A DNA stretch of 64,000 nt from Candidatus Tayloriibacteriota bacterium (GCA_903857825.1 CAIOGI010000009.1:7203-71202); one strand, 5' to 3'; shown: positions 21,009 to 30,214, counted from the first letter of the stretch. Notes: generated by a model from the sequence alone, not told the origin. Numbers and translations are program-made.

Positions 21009-21130
21009 GTGTGGTGATCAACACCTCAATATGTCAAAGGAAGAAAAAATTAATATTAGAATGATGCAAAAAAACAAAAACGAACAGAGGAAGCTGTAGA
21101 GATACGCAAACGAGGATTTGGTCAGCAATT

Positions 21131-21307
21131 ATTTCCCTGCGAACGGTTCAGATGTTTCTCCTTTATTGGCAAAGTAGAATGAGAAGGCCATAGAAGCCAG
21201 AATCATGAAATCCTTGGGATCTATCTTGCTATAAAACATGCCGATAATTGTTGCCACTGCCATCAGAATAAAGACTATTTTCGATGCTGATGAATATATA
21301 CTTTTCA
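21131..21307 (-). CDS. small membrane protein (59 aa), possible lysis accessory
   Basis: Hand-translated: MKSIYSSASKIVFILMAVATIIGMFYSKIDPKDFMILASMAFSFYFANKGETSEPFAGK. Lies just downstream of the endolysin. Confidence 0.25.
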
Positions 21308-21338
21308 TAAATTTATTTTAATTGATTAATAATTCGAC

Positions 21339-22394
21339 CTAGATCGCAAATTGCGCATTGAGTGCGGCTCTCGTCTTCGGACCGATATGATTTGGCGAGG
21401 GTGCAATCTTATGTGCCTGCTGATACCTGGCATTCGCTGACGCCGTCTTCGGACCGAAGATACCGAGCTCGTCGGCTGGGACGGGTGCGAGAAATCCAAG
21501 TATCATGTACGCTATCTGAGCAAGCTTTACATCTTCATTATTGTCACCGAGAGTAAGGTTCTTCTGCCAAGTGCAATGGAATGCTGATGGGGAGGGCAAA
21601 GCCTTCAGGAAGTCCTGCACATTTGGAGGAATTTCTGCAACCGCCCATTGCTCTATAATATAAGGAGACCATGCTTTCGGATCGTATTTTGCCCTTCCGT
21701 AATTAGCCCAGGACGCACTCCATTCGTTCTGAAGATCGTTATAGATATCGTCTTCCCAACCGAAAGGAGTCATTTGATGTCCTGAAACTATAGTTTTTGG
21801 TATTCGAAGTGGATCTATATCTTTATCTGCCCACGATGGAGTCCATAATTCGTTACCAATTTCAAAGAGTGCGGAAACTGCACCATAAAGATATATGGCT
21901 TCTCGTGTTCTTTGAAAATCGAGAGGAACAGAAACGTAGCCGGGAATTTTATACTTAGCTGCTTCATCAAAAACTTCCTTAGTAAGTTTGTTGTCGTTTC
22001 GATATTCAAGAACCGACAGCGAGGTATCGTTTGGAAGAGTTGCGGTTGTGGCACAGCCATAGAGAACTGCGAGTTTAAATACGAGACGGGGATAAGTTCC
22101 GCCCATTGCTCGATCCTGAAGATCGAACCGTTTTGCAAGTATATCGAGAAAGCGAGGAGAGAAATCGATCATCTTCCCTGTTTTCTTGAGCCAGTAGAGT
22201 TTAAGAGTATCTACGGCACTATGCGATACGCACGCGGGCACGAGTGCTTGCATCATGGGAGATGCGAGTGCTGTTTTGTGTGTAGGAGGAAGTTGTATTC
22301 GTGTTGGAAGTGCTTCGGCTACTGCGGAAGCAACATATCCGTCTCGATAGTCGGGAGGTGAAATAATAGCGCCTGTTGAAAATTGCTCATTCAT
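21339..22394 (-). CDS. endolysin: papain-like cysteine peptidase domain + C-terminal peptidoglycan-binding domain
   Basis: The N-terminus has Q...C (QALVPACVSHSAV), like C1 peptidases. The C-terminus has a PG_binding_1 pattern (LAQIAYMILGF...GIFGPKTASANARYQ). A holin sits immediately upstream. Confidence 0.55.
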   Translation of the reverse strand: MNEQFSTGAIISPPDYRDGYVASAVAEALPTRIQLPPTHKTALASPMMQALVPACVSHSAVDTLKLYWLKKTGKMIDFSPRFLDILAKRFDLQDRAMGGTYPRLVFKLAVLYGCATTATLPNDTSLSVLEYRNDNKLTKEVFDEAAKYKIPGYVSVPLDFQRTREAIYLYGAVSALFEIGNELWTPSWADKDIDPLRIPKTIVSGHQMTPFGWEDDIYNDLQNEWSASWANYGRAKYDPKAWSPYIIEQWAVAEIPPNVQDFLKALPSPSAFHCTWQKNLTLGDNNEDVKLAQIAYMILGFLAPVPADELGIFGPKTASANARYQQAHKIAPSPNHIGPKTRAALNAQFAI

Positions 22395-22398
22395 AAAT

Positions 22399-22599
22399 TT
22401 ATTTGATCATTAAGTTAATAATTCCGGTGATTAATCCGGCAACCGATGCTGTAGCCACAATCCAGAAAAACTTCATAAGCCATTGCTGGTTTGTCTTTAC
22501 GACTGCCATATCCTCTTCAATATGGCTCAAGTGGTTGTCCTTGATTTCTTTGATATCCAACTCAATTTTTTCTATTCTTTTTTCCATATTGTTAGACAT
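22399..22599 (-). CDS. holin-like small membrane protein
   Basis: 66 aa, charged N-terminus and a single C-terminal TM segment. Directly precedes the endolysin. Confidence 0.45.
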   Translation of the reverse strand: MSNNMEKRIEKIELDIKEIKDNHLSHIEEDMAVVKTNQQWLMKFFWIVATASVAGLITGIINLMIK

Positions 22600-23356
22600 A
22601 TGTTATGGCTTTGATTATGAATAGAACGACCGCATACGGTGGCATGTTGTTATGCGCCCCGTTGCTTCCCGCCGTGCCGCTATTCTGCGTGGCATCCTGT
22701 CCACCGCTCGATCTCATGGCGTTCGTAGTACTTCCGGATCCTGACGACGACATGGCTATCGGATGCGAATGCGAAGCCAATTCCGCGGCGGTAAGCTGGT
22801 GCGCCTTTTCTCCTACATAGGCGTTCGGAACGTTGATGTTGTCGAAGTTCGTATCCGATATTTTCTGTCCGTAGGGCGTATAACCACGGAGATCTGGAAG
22901 ATTGAATGTGCTTGAACCGTCCCCTTTGCCCCAGTTCGAGTAATAGACCGTGTGAATGCCGGACTGTGATCCGGAAGTATTTACCGCCGCCCCGCCTCGG
23001 GTCGTCGATACTCTGAAATCATTGGTGCCCAGTCCTGCAGCAATCACGAAGTAATCGGTATTCACTGCAAGTCCCGTCGGCAATGCTCCTGTCGTTTTGA
23101 AGTGAACTTTATCTCCCGTCATAAATCCGTGATTTGAAAATGAGATGACTGTAGGAGAGGCGATAGAGATAGTGCACTGCCCTGATGGACAAAGTGCAGC
23201 GAAGAGTCCGGGATATGCACTTCGCAATACCGCCGATCCGTCACAAGGCAGGAAATCAGCCGGCACCGTCTTGCCCGCAAACGGAATTATGCTTCCTTCG
23301 GGAAGTATCCGATTCATGTCGACTGCAAGTGCTTGTTGTCCTTGTTGAATGGCCAT
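22592..23356 (-). CDS. tail fibre protein with phage tail-collar domain
   Basis: LPCDGSAV..YPGLFAAL...GDGSSTFNLPDLRG...HQLTAAELASHSH...HNNMPPY (Phage_collar/MdpB-like). Confidence 0.8.
   Translation of the reverse strand: MAIQQGQQALAVDMNRILPEGSIIPFAGKTVPADFLPCDGSAVLRSAYPGLFAALCPSGQCTISIASPTVISFSNHGFMTGDKVHFKTTGALPTGLAVNTDYFVIAAGLGTNDFRVSTTRGGAAVNTSGSQSGIHTVYYSNWGKGDGSSTFNLPDLRGYTPYGQKISDTNFDNINVPNAYVGEKAHQLTAAELASHSHPIAMSSSGSGSTTNAMRSSGGQDATQNSGTAGSNGAHNNMPPYAVVLFIIKAITYV
23324..23356 (-). repeat. conserved 5' segment of the tail-fibre genes (MAIQQGQQALA), copy 1
   Basis: ggccattcaacaaggacaacaagc recurs at 24520-24552 and 25370-25402. Confidence 0.6.
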
Positions 23357-23361
23357 GTTTT

Positions 23362-23517
23362 ACTTTTCTTTAAGCTGATGCTCATCACAAAGAGTCAGAT
23401 GTTTAAGATATAGCTCGTTCAAGTCGACCGTTGATTCTGGAGAAAAAGTGATAGAGCCACAGATTTTTCTGCATACAACACATTTCAAATCGTATGTGAT
23501 TTCTTTGTCTTTCATGA
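23362..23517 (-). CDS. small Cys-rich protein (51 aa), possible fibre assembly factor
   Basis: MKDKEITYDLKCVVCRKICGSITFSPESTVDLNELYLKHLTLCDEHQLKEK. Sits between fibre genes. Confidence 0.2.
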
Positions 23518-23520
23518 TGA

Positions 23521-24552
23521 TTATATAAATTCTGTATTAGGAGCTATTAATGAAAAACCATTGCCTCCAGCGCCTCCGTTATAATATCCACCATTTGCAC
23601 CCGAGTTGAATACGCTTCCACCACCTGCGCCTCCAAAGGCTGCACCACCTGAGCTCATTGAAGCAGTACCACCTGTTCCGCCGGCACAGAGGAATGTTCC
23701 AGAATTGGCGACCAAGGTGTTGTAAAGAGCGAGGCCGAAGCCACCGCCACCCCCACCTCCTCCGGCTACAGTAGTATTACCACCCCCTCCTGAATTTCCG
23801 TTGCTTCCTGCAGATCCTGCAACAGAGATGCCACCTGCGGTAGTGAAATTCCAAGCACCACCGCATTCGATTAGAAGTGCACCTCCACCAGTACCACCTG
23901 CCGCAGTATTGCCGTTAAATGATCCTGCATTACCAGTACTGACTCCACCAGCACCACCGCCAGCTCCTGCAAATGTCAGGAAGTTAAATTTCGATAAAAT
24001 AAATGAAAAGATATTTGCTGATATTCCGAAAACTGTCGGTATAGCACCACCGACCGCCGGATTATGTACCCAACCACCTTCACCTGCATTGGTTTGCAAA
24101 GATGATATTTGTGCCGAGTGTCCGCTATTACCAGTTATATAGGACAACGTCCCAATACTTCCTGCGGCACTTGCACCTCCCCCGCCACCAGTATTTCTGC
24201 AATCAATCATCGGAGCCGATGATGAAGTAAGTGTTACATCACCCTGAGATTTCAAAATGACAAATGTCCCGTTTGCATTCGGATTTGTGAATGCTAGTTT
24301 ACCTGTCCCTGTAATCGAGATGGAAGTGTAATTTTTCACGACTACCGAGGCGCCTCCCAGATTGATCGATGTCGTTCCTGAGGAAATAGAGAGTGAACCA
24401 TCAGAACCATTTCCACCAAATTTAACAGTCATAAATGAATTATCAATTTTCCCGCTCGAGTTGAGTTTTGGTACTTTGCCAGCATCATTAGTACCGCCAG
24501 ATGTACTGACGAAATCCGAAGCCAGAGCTTGTTGTCCTTGTTGAATTGCCAT
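23521..24552 (-). CDS. glycine-rich tail fibre protein
   Basis: Shares the MAIQQGQQALASDFV...DNSF N-terminus with its neighbours. Long Gly/Ala/Ser/Asn-rich repeats. Confidence 0.65.
   Translation of the reverse strand: MAIQQGQQALASDFVSTSGGTNDAGKVPKLNSSGKIDNSFMTVKFGGNGSDGSLSISSGTTSINLGGASVVVKNYTSISITGTGKLAFTNPNANGTFVILKSQGDVTLTSSSAPMIDCRNTGGGGGASAAGSIGTLSYITGNSGHSAQISSLQTNAGEGGWVHNPAVGGAIPTVFGISANIFSFILSKFNFLTFAGAGGGAGGVSTGNAGSFNGNTAAGGTGGGALLIECGGAWNFTTAGGISVAGSAGSNGNSGGGGNTTVAGGGGGGGGFGLALYNTLVANSGTFLCAGGTGGTASMSSGGAAFGGAGGGSVFNSGANGGYYNGGAGGNGFSLIAPNTEFI
24520..24552 (-). repeat. conserved 5' segment of the tail-fibre genes, copy 2
   Basis: MAIQQGQQALASDFV. Confidence 0.6.
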
Positions 24553-24553
24553 G

Positions 24554-25402
24554 TTATGTTCTGATTAAGAAATTCACCACCTTGTATGGAGGCATGTTGT
24601 TATGTGCCGCGTTCGAGCCGACCGTCGCCATGCTCATCGGCGTATTTCGAGTGGCCGCGTTGTTTGTCAGAGTCGTGCTGTTTGCGACATACGGAATCGA
24701 CGCTCCGCCCGAACCGTCCTGCCAGGTGATCGGCGTATGGGAGTGCGCCGCCAATTCCGCCACGCTCAATTGATGATTCTTTTCTCCGACGTATGTATTC
24801 GGAGTATCGAGCGTGTCGAAATTGGCATCACTTACGTCATAGCCGAATACCGTCCTGCCCTTGAGATTCGGAAGATTGAACGTGGTCGATCCGTCTCCGG
24901 CACCGGAGTTGAAGACCTGCCACGCATGAATACCAGACTGTGAGCCGGAAGTATTCACAGCGGGACCGCCTCTCGTTGCGGAAACTCGGAATTCATTGGC
25001 GTTCAACCCTGCCGAAATTACATAGTAGTCCGTATTTATAAGGAGTCCTGTCGGCAAAGCGCCTGTGGTTGTGAATCGGATCTTGTCTCCTGCTACAAGG
25101 ACATGGCCGCTTGAAGCGAAGACTGCTGGTGAGGCGATGCTTACCGTAAATCCGGCCGAAGGACACAGGACAGCGAAAAGCGCCGCATATGCGATTCTCG
25201 AAACTGCTTGTCCGTTGCAGAGAAGCCAACCTGTCGGAAATGTTCGACTCATGCTCGGCACGATCATTCCCGTAAGTCCGAGGAAGCTGTTATCAAGGAG
25301 TCCATTTGCATCAGTCTTGACTCCTTTTCCGGCATCAACAGCACCCGCCGTTGATGCGACGAAATCTGAAGCCACTGCTTGTTGTCCTTGTTGTATCGAC
25401 AT
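24554..25402 (-). CDS. tail fibre protein with phage tail-collar domain (paralog of 22592-23356)
   Basis: Collar-domain motifs LLCNGQAV...GDGSTTFNLPNLKG...HQLSVAELAAHSH...HNNMPPY. Central region about 60% identical to ORF 22592-23356. Confidence 0.8.
   Translation of the reverse strand: MSIQQGQQAVASDFVASTAGAVDAGKGVKTDANGLLDNSFLGLTGMIVPSMSRTFPTGWLLCNGQAVSRIAYAALFAVLCPSAGFTVSIASPAVFASSGHVLVAGDKIRFTTTGALPTGLLINTDYYVISAGLNANEFRVSATRGGPAVNTSGSQSGIHAWQVFNSGAGDGSTTFNLPNLKGRTVFGYDVSDANFDTLDTPNTYVGEKNHQLSVAELAAHSHTPITWQDGSGGASIPYVANSTTLTNNAATRNTPMSMATVGSNAAHNNMPPYKVVNFLIRT
25370..25402 (-). repeat. conserved 5' segment of the tail-fibre genes, copy 3
   Basis: MSIQQGQQAVASDFV. Confidence 0.6.
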
Positions 25403-25403
25403 A

Positions 25404-25889
25404 TCAGTTTATTGTTACCTGCATTTCTATGGTCGTGTCTTCCCCACTACCCTTCGTATATGGAACGCCAAACAAGGCATGATTGAATATCTTCCCTGTA
25501 CCAACGCCGGAGCTTCCGTCCACAAATGATCCAAATTCAGTATATGTGCCGTTTGGAAGTACGTTGTCGGCAAAGAAGAACTGCATCGTTGCTATAGCAC
25601 CCGATACTGAGCCAGAGCCGACCGACGCTCTGGCTTGAGGAGTCTGGAGTACTGTATCCGAAGCGTCAGGAGGATTGGTTCCAGTACCCATATCGGCGTG
25701 GGTGAGATTGAGGGAATATGTGTTAATACCAGCCAGTCTCTCCAATATGAGAGTCTTTCCCGTATTAACACCGAGCATGATTAGATTCGAGTACCAATCG
25801 CTTCGTCGCACGATTTCATTCGTACCAGCTTTCTTGGTTAAAATTCGGAATCTTCCCTTCGGTTGTATTTTTTCTTTTTGATTATTCAT
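25404..25889 (-). CDS. phage tail/baseplate-associated hypothetical protein
   Basis: Position between the distal tail protein and the fibres. Confidence 0.3.
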   Translation of the reverse strand: MNNQKEKIQPKGRFRILTKKAGTNEIVRRSDWYSNLIMLGVNTGKTLILERLAGINTYSLNLTHADMGTGTNPPDASDTVLQTPQARASVGSGSVSGAIATMQFFFADNVLPNGTYTEFGSFVDGSSGVGTGKIFNHALFGVPYTKGSGEDTTIEMQVTIN

Positions 25890-25898
25890 ATATTTTTA

Positions 25899-27332
25899 TT
25901 ATCCCCACGTTCCCAATCCCCAATAGAGAGCATTGGGATCCGGTCCCCATTTGTACGGGCCGACTGCTCTTTGTGCTGTAACCGAATCGCCCATAACTGC
26001 GGACTCAGCGAAGATCTCAAGCCTTTGAAGAACTTCGTTGGAGGCGATTGTGATATTTTTCTTATTGCCAGTAAGAAGTTCGACCATAATATCGGTAAAC
26101 GAAACTTGACCTGAAGCAATGAGATAGACCGTGTATTCCATAGACACGCTATCTCTCACCTTTCCAGTGATCTTGTTTATTTTGAATGTCTTATCAACAT
26201 TCCTGATTACGCTGTGCACTCTAATCCTCTGCCCAACCTTGAGGCCGGTCTGGATTGTTTTGAACGAGGCTTCGTAGACACTCTCGGAGTATTTCTTAAG
26301 TTCGGTTTGCGCCCTGGTTTGAGCTTCGCTTATTGATGTAATACTCTTATCAATGACCGCTGCTTGATACTCTCCGTATGTCGATATCGATATCTGATCT
26401 CGAACTTGGGCTATAATAGGAATATACGCATCGCCAAAAACTTTGACCGTATGTCCGGTAATTGGAGCGGTGGTATATTTGATAAATTTCTCGTTGAAGT
26501 TATAGAGCACATCGACCTGGGCAGGATTGGATTGTTGATCTGTACCCACGGTATTTACAGTCGTATTGTCCTTGACAGTAATATTGTCGTACTTGTACGA
26601 GAGCGGAAATACTTTCTGTACGCCATCGCCGACGAATATGTCCTGGGCGTTTGCTTCGGCAATTGTTTTTTTATATTCTCCCCCTCGGACGAATACTGAA
26701 TTCTTTATCTGAGTAATCGTATTATTGACCTCGAGCGAATCCCATTCGTATTTATCTCCGGCATCCGAAAGCTCGAAGGGTGCCGAAAGATTTTCGCTGT
26801 CGAAGAAATGAATATCTTTATCAGCATCGACATACCAATCCCAGCCGATCTGATCTGCCAGCTGTGTGAGACATCTCGTGACTTGCTCGTAGTTAAACTT
26901 AATGGAACCAATCGACGGTGTAGACTGTGCCACGTTGTTTGTGGTGAACCCTGATGTGTATATAGAGACGAGCTCAAGGACAATAGACCGTGCCGTCACA
27001 TTTGTATAGCTTCGGACAACCACTTTGCGGTCGAGATATTGCGAATAATCTTTACAGCGTATATCGTAGGCGATCAATAGCCCTCCTTTAATGATCTGAT
27101 TCCTCTCAGTGATGACCCCGCCGAATATTTTAGTTCCATTTTCTTCAAGCTCTACATCATCGTTTACCGATGGAATCGTTTTTGCTGGCGTCTTCATTAT
27201 TTGAAATTCCAGACGATCAACTTCTTTGGAAAGAACTTCAGTCACTACCAAGGAATCCCATTTCACATGGTCTGTTCGATCTATGTTGTTTATTCTTAGT
27301 ATCAATGCCATGTGATTATGCTCGGATTCCAC
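25899..27332 (-). CDS. phage distal tail protein (Dit/Sipho_tail-like), candidate
   Basis: 477 aa, immediately downstream of the tape measure gene. Confidence 0.4.
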   Translation of the reverse strand: MESEHNHMALILRINNIDRTDHVKWDSLVVTEVLSKEVDRLEFQIMKTPAKTIPSVNDDVELEENGTKIFGGVITERNQIIKGGLLIAYDIRCKDYSQYLDRKVVVRSYTNVTARSIVLELVSIYTSGFTTNNVAQSTPSIGSIKFNYEQVTRCLTQLADQIGWDWYVDADKDIHFFDSENLSAPFELSDAGDKYEWDSLEVNNTITQIKNSVFVRGGEYKKTIAEANAQDIFVGDGVQKVFPLSYKYDNITVKDNTTVNTVGTDQQSNPAQVDVLYNFNEKFIKYTTAPITGHTVKVFGDAYIPIIAQVRDQISISTYGEYQAAVIDKSITSISEAQTRAQTELKKYSESVYEASFKTIQTGLKVGQRIRVHSVIRNVDKTFKINKITGKVRDSVSMEYTVYLIASGQVSFTDIMVELLTGNKKNITIASNEVLQRLEIFAESAVMGDSVTAQRAVGPYKWGPDPNALYWGLGTWG

Positions 27333-28671
27333 CGAGGTTTATCTGATTTTTAATAATGCGTGCCAATTCGTTTCCGAATTCTTCAGCCACTTCTGTAGAT
27401 GTGTAAAAGTCCCCGCTCAGATTTATCGTTATTCCTCCAGCTCCACCCATTCTACTCAATGGGATGATTGCCTCAGGACCAGCTTCGCCAACAAGACCGA
27501 GAGTAGGGCCGGTGACAATACCGCCGTCTGCAAACTTCGACACAACCGTCTTTACGGCGTTCACAGCCCCTTTTATTGGAGCACTTACGGCTGATACCAC
27601 GCTGTTATATGCACTCTGAATCGAGGCTATGGCACTCTTGATCTTCTCTATGCCCGCGTTGAATAGATCAACAATTCCATTCCATATCGAGGTAAAGAAA
27701 TCTTTGATACCATTCCATGCTTCGACAAATACACCCTTGATGTTTTCCCATTGTGTTTTCCAGAGCGTATAGAAAAAGATAATCACCGCACCTATGGCGG
27801 CGATCGCAGCAATGATGAGACCTAAGGGACCTAGAAGTGTGAGAGCAGCTGCGGCAGCAACAATAAGTCCCGCAACAAAGAGTGCGGTCAGAAGACTTCC
27901 AACAACAATCAGAAGAGTACGGTTGTCCTCAAGAAATTTATTTATTCCACCTTGTGCTCCAATCCAGTTTTGTATTCCTTTTGTAACCATTTCAATTGCC
28001 GGTGCAAAAAGACTTCCCAACGCTTCAGCACCTTCACCTCCAAGCTGTCGCGTAATATCGAGCTGACCTTTCAGAGTTTCTGAATATGCAGCAGCCTGAC
28101 CATGAACAGTTTTCATGATGGCAGCAAGGATAGTTTCCTTAGATGCGTGATCATCGACTTCGATTCCGAATTGTTTCAGAAGTCGTGCATTACCTTGAAA
28201 GGCAAGAATCAAAGCCTGGGTCGACTCCTCGAGTCCAATACCCTTATAACGTGCCAGATCCATGGCTGCAGTAAATGCTTCAAAGGCAAAAGGGCCGTCA
28301 TTAGTTGCTTGAAGAAGTTTGGCAATCGAGACAGCCGCTTCCTCATTGTCGAAACCGAACTTATTGAGCGCCTCATCTGCAACCGCAAGTATCTGGCCTC
28401 TCAAAGCTTGCAGGTTTGGAGGAAGGGTTTTGAGAATTGCATCAAAGCGAGTCATCTGTACTTCTGCCTCAGCAAAGGCACCGATCACACTTTTCAATAT
28501 TGCCCCTGCGCCAATCGTCTGAAGCACTCCCGCCAATGCACCGACCTTGTCGCCTGCAAAACCAAACTGCCCACCAAGATCTGATAGGCTATTACTCATA
28601 CTTCGGATTGCAGTACTTGCTTCATCCCGAAGTTGAACCAATATTTGTAGTTTGCTTATTGACTCTGCCAT
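27316..28671 (-). CDS. tail tape measure protein
   Basis: Coiled-coil N-terminus, central hydrophobic segment, C-terminal NGIKDFF/NGIVDLF repeats. Follows the frameshifted chaperone pair. Confidence 0.7.
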   Translation of the reverse strand: MAESISKLQILVQLRDEASTAIRSMSNSLSDLGGQFGFAGDKVGALAGVLQTIGAGAILKSVIGAFAEAEVQMTRFDAILKTLPPNLQALRGQILAVADEALNKFGFDNEEAAVSIAKLLQATNDGPFAFEAFTAAMDLARYKGIGLEESTQALILAFQGNARLLKQFGIEVDDHASKETILAAIMKTVHGQAAAYSETLKGQLDITRQLGGEGAEALGSLFAPAIEMVTKGIQNWIGAQGGINKFLEDNRTLLIVVGSLLTALFVAGLIVAAAAALTLLGPLGLIIAAIAAIGAVIIFFYTLWKTQWENIKGVFVEAWNGIKDFFTSIWNGIVDLFNAGIEKIKSAIASIQSAYNSVVSAVSAPIKGAVNAVKTVVSKFADGGIVTGPTLGLVGEAGPEAIIPLSRMGGAGGITINLSGDFYTSTEVAEEFGNELARIIKNQINLGGIRA

Positions 28672-28883
28672 GATGATTTATTCTTTTTCTTTATCTCTGC
28701 ACTCTCCGCTTTGAGCATTTCGATAATAGTGTCAATGAAAGTTGTGGGTTGATTTTCATACTCTTGTAACGTCCACTTCATTTCTCTGCATATCATCGCC
28801 GCTACCATTTCATCAGTGAGAGAGGCTTTCAAACCTGCGAAGTACCTCTCCCACGCATACCCTACTTCGCCGACTGAAAATTT
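28656..28883 (-). CDS. -1 frameshift extension of the tail assembly chaperone (gpGT-like)
   Basis: Slippery heptamer A_AAT_TTT in the zero frame at 28877-28883 (minus strand), 6 codons before the stop. The -1 frame continues for 74 aa (SVGEVGYAWERYFAGLKASL...KKKNKSSWQSQ) and ends 15 nt inside the tape measure start. Confidence 0.5.
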   Translation of the reverse strand, partial: KFSVGEVGYAWERYFAGLKASLTDEMVAAMICREMKWTLQEYENQPTTFIDTIIEMLKAESAEIKKKNKSSWQSQ

Positions 28884-29206
28884 CCCTTCGTGACTTTATT
28901 CAACTCCGCAACCACGAAGTCATATTCCGCAGGCGTTGCTTGCTCAAGCCTGTCGGCAATGTTCTCCGAGCTACCGGCATACGAGACAATGAGCTGTTCA
29001 AAGGTTCTATTCTCGGCTTTGAGCATGATTGAAGCATCGACATCCTTCATAATACTTTCGCCTTCACTTGCGATATCATTCGGGTCGATCTTGATGCCTT
29101 CAAGGAAGGCGCTTTTAATAGCATTTCTTTCCTTGGCGTTCATGAAAGACTTGATAACGAGTTCTTTTCCGAGAGGCGTTGTGAGTTTTATTGTTTCTCT
29201 TTCCAT
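28862..29206 (-). CDS. tail assembly chaperone (gpG-like)
   Basis: 114-aa acidic protein between the major tail and tape measure genes. Ends at a slippery site. Confidence 0.55.
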   Translation of the reverse strand: MERETIKLTTPLGKELVIKSFMNAKERNAIKSAFLEGIKIDPNDIASEGESIMKDVDASIMLKAENRTFEQLIVSYAGSSENIADRLEQATPAEYDFVVAELNKVTKGNFQSAK

Positions 29207-29224
29207 AATGGTTAATTATTTTGA

Positions 29225-30214
29225 TTAATATGATGCGACTGCATTTGTTGCTAATGCTGAAATCATCAAGGTGTCGCTAATACTGTAGTGAGCCTTGAAT
29301 GAAAGTGTCTGACGGACCAAGTCATTGACCTTCACTGGTCGTGTGATTTCTTTAAAGATCACTTTGGCAAGATCAATACGGATTTCAGGGTTGGCAGCAC
29401 TACCGATCGTGACATCAGAGTTTACGAGGTCGAGTCTCATAGCTTTAGCGGTTGTCGCAAGTGCAGCAGTCTTGTAATCAGATTCGTTTTGCCACAATGC
29501 CTCAAAGGTTCCTTCAATTGAAAACTGCTTGTTAAGGAAATCAGATGGCGTAGCGCTTCCGAGAACATCATCGTCTTCAATATTTTGGTCAATCTTCAAG
29601 GTTAGAGACTTGATACTCATGGCTGAAGCTGCACCGAGACCAGAATATGATGATGCGAGCTTGAAGGTGAGGTGTTGAGGGAGGAATCTGTTCTCAGTTG
29701 TAGCTGCAGGAGTCAGAGTAGCCGTTGCTCCCTTCTTTGCCTTGAGTCCGAGAGTGTAATCAAGGAACTTATTGAGCTCATACGAGATCTCAAGAGAGGT
29801 CACTGCTCCGTTACCATGCTTGTAGTCCTGCGCTCCGAGTGGATCGTCAATAAAGAGCGAGAGTGCCTGATGTTGAGAGCTTTGAGCAACTGTAATGGTG
29901 TGATCTTTGATGGTCGCATCGGAGTCTGCGTTATCTCCGGTTGAAAGCGAACCGAGAATCGAATAAAGAATGAGAGGAAAGTGCTTATCACCAATTGGTG
30001 CTTTGACTGATCCTTCTGCCCACTCCTTTACTTTGCTCTGGCCGACCGAATCCTCAATCACCCCACGTGACTGATCGTCGGTCACGAGCGAAAATTTCTC
30101 ATTGATATCGAGTTCTGAAAATGGAATCCAGTAGGTTGCAGCCGATTCCGGCGTACCTCGGGAGGTTTCCTTTGCGATTCCGAACTGTATTAATCTTCCT
30201 ATTCCTTTTGACAT
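29225..30214 (-). CDS. major tail (tube) protein, candidate
   Basis: 329 aa, upstream of the G/GT pair. Ser/Thr/Ala-rich beta-type composition. Confidence 0.5.
   Translation of the reverse strand: MSKGIGRLIQFGIAKETSRGTPESAATYWIPFSELDINEKFSLVTDDQSRGVIEDSVGQSKVKEWAEGSVKAPIGDKHFPLILYSILGSLSTGDNADSDATIKDHTITVAQSSQHQALSLFIDDPLGAQDYKHGNGAVTSLEISYELNKFLDYTLGLKAKKGATATLTPAATTENRFLPQHLTFKLASSYSGLGAASAMSIKSLTLKIDQNIEDDDVLGSATPSDFLNKQFSIEGTFEALWQNESDYKTAALATTAKAMRLDLVNSDVTIGSAANPEIRIDLAKVIFKEITRPVKVNDLVRQTLSFKAHYSISDTLMISALATNAVASY

Noticed and set aside
23801-24142. Plus-strand Pro/Ala-rich ORF (113 aa) and similar plus-strand ORFs at 24362-24544, 24602-24943 and 25065-25529
   Set aside because: They are antisense to the Gly/Ala-rich tail-fibre genes. 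GGN codons read as NCC on the other strand, which gives artefactual open frames.
22592-25402. Possibility of a CRISPR array from the three short repeats at fibre-gene starts
   Set aside because: The repeats are the conserved 5' coding ends of paralogous genes, with kb-scale coding spacers and no cas genes. The Cas4-like gene at 15192 is a solitary phage-type nuclease.
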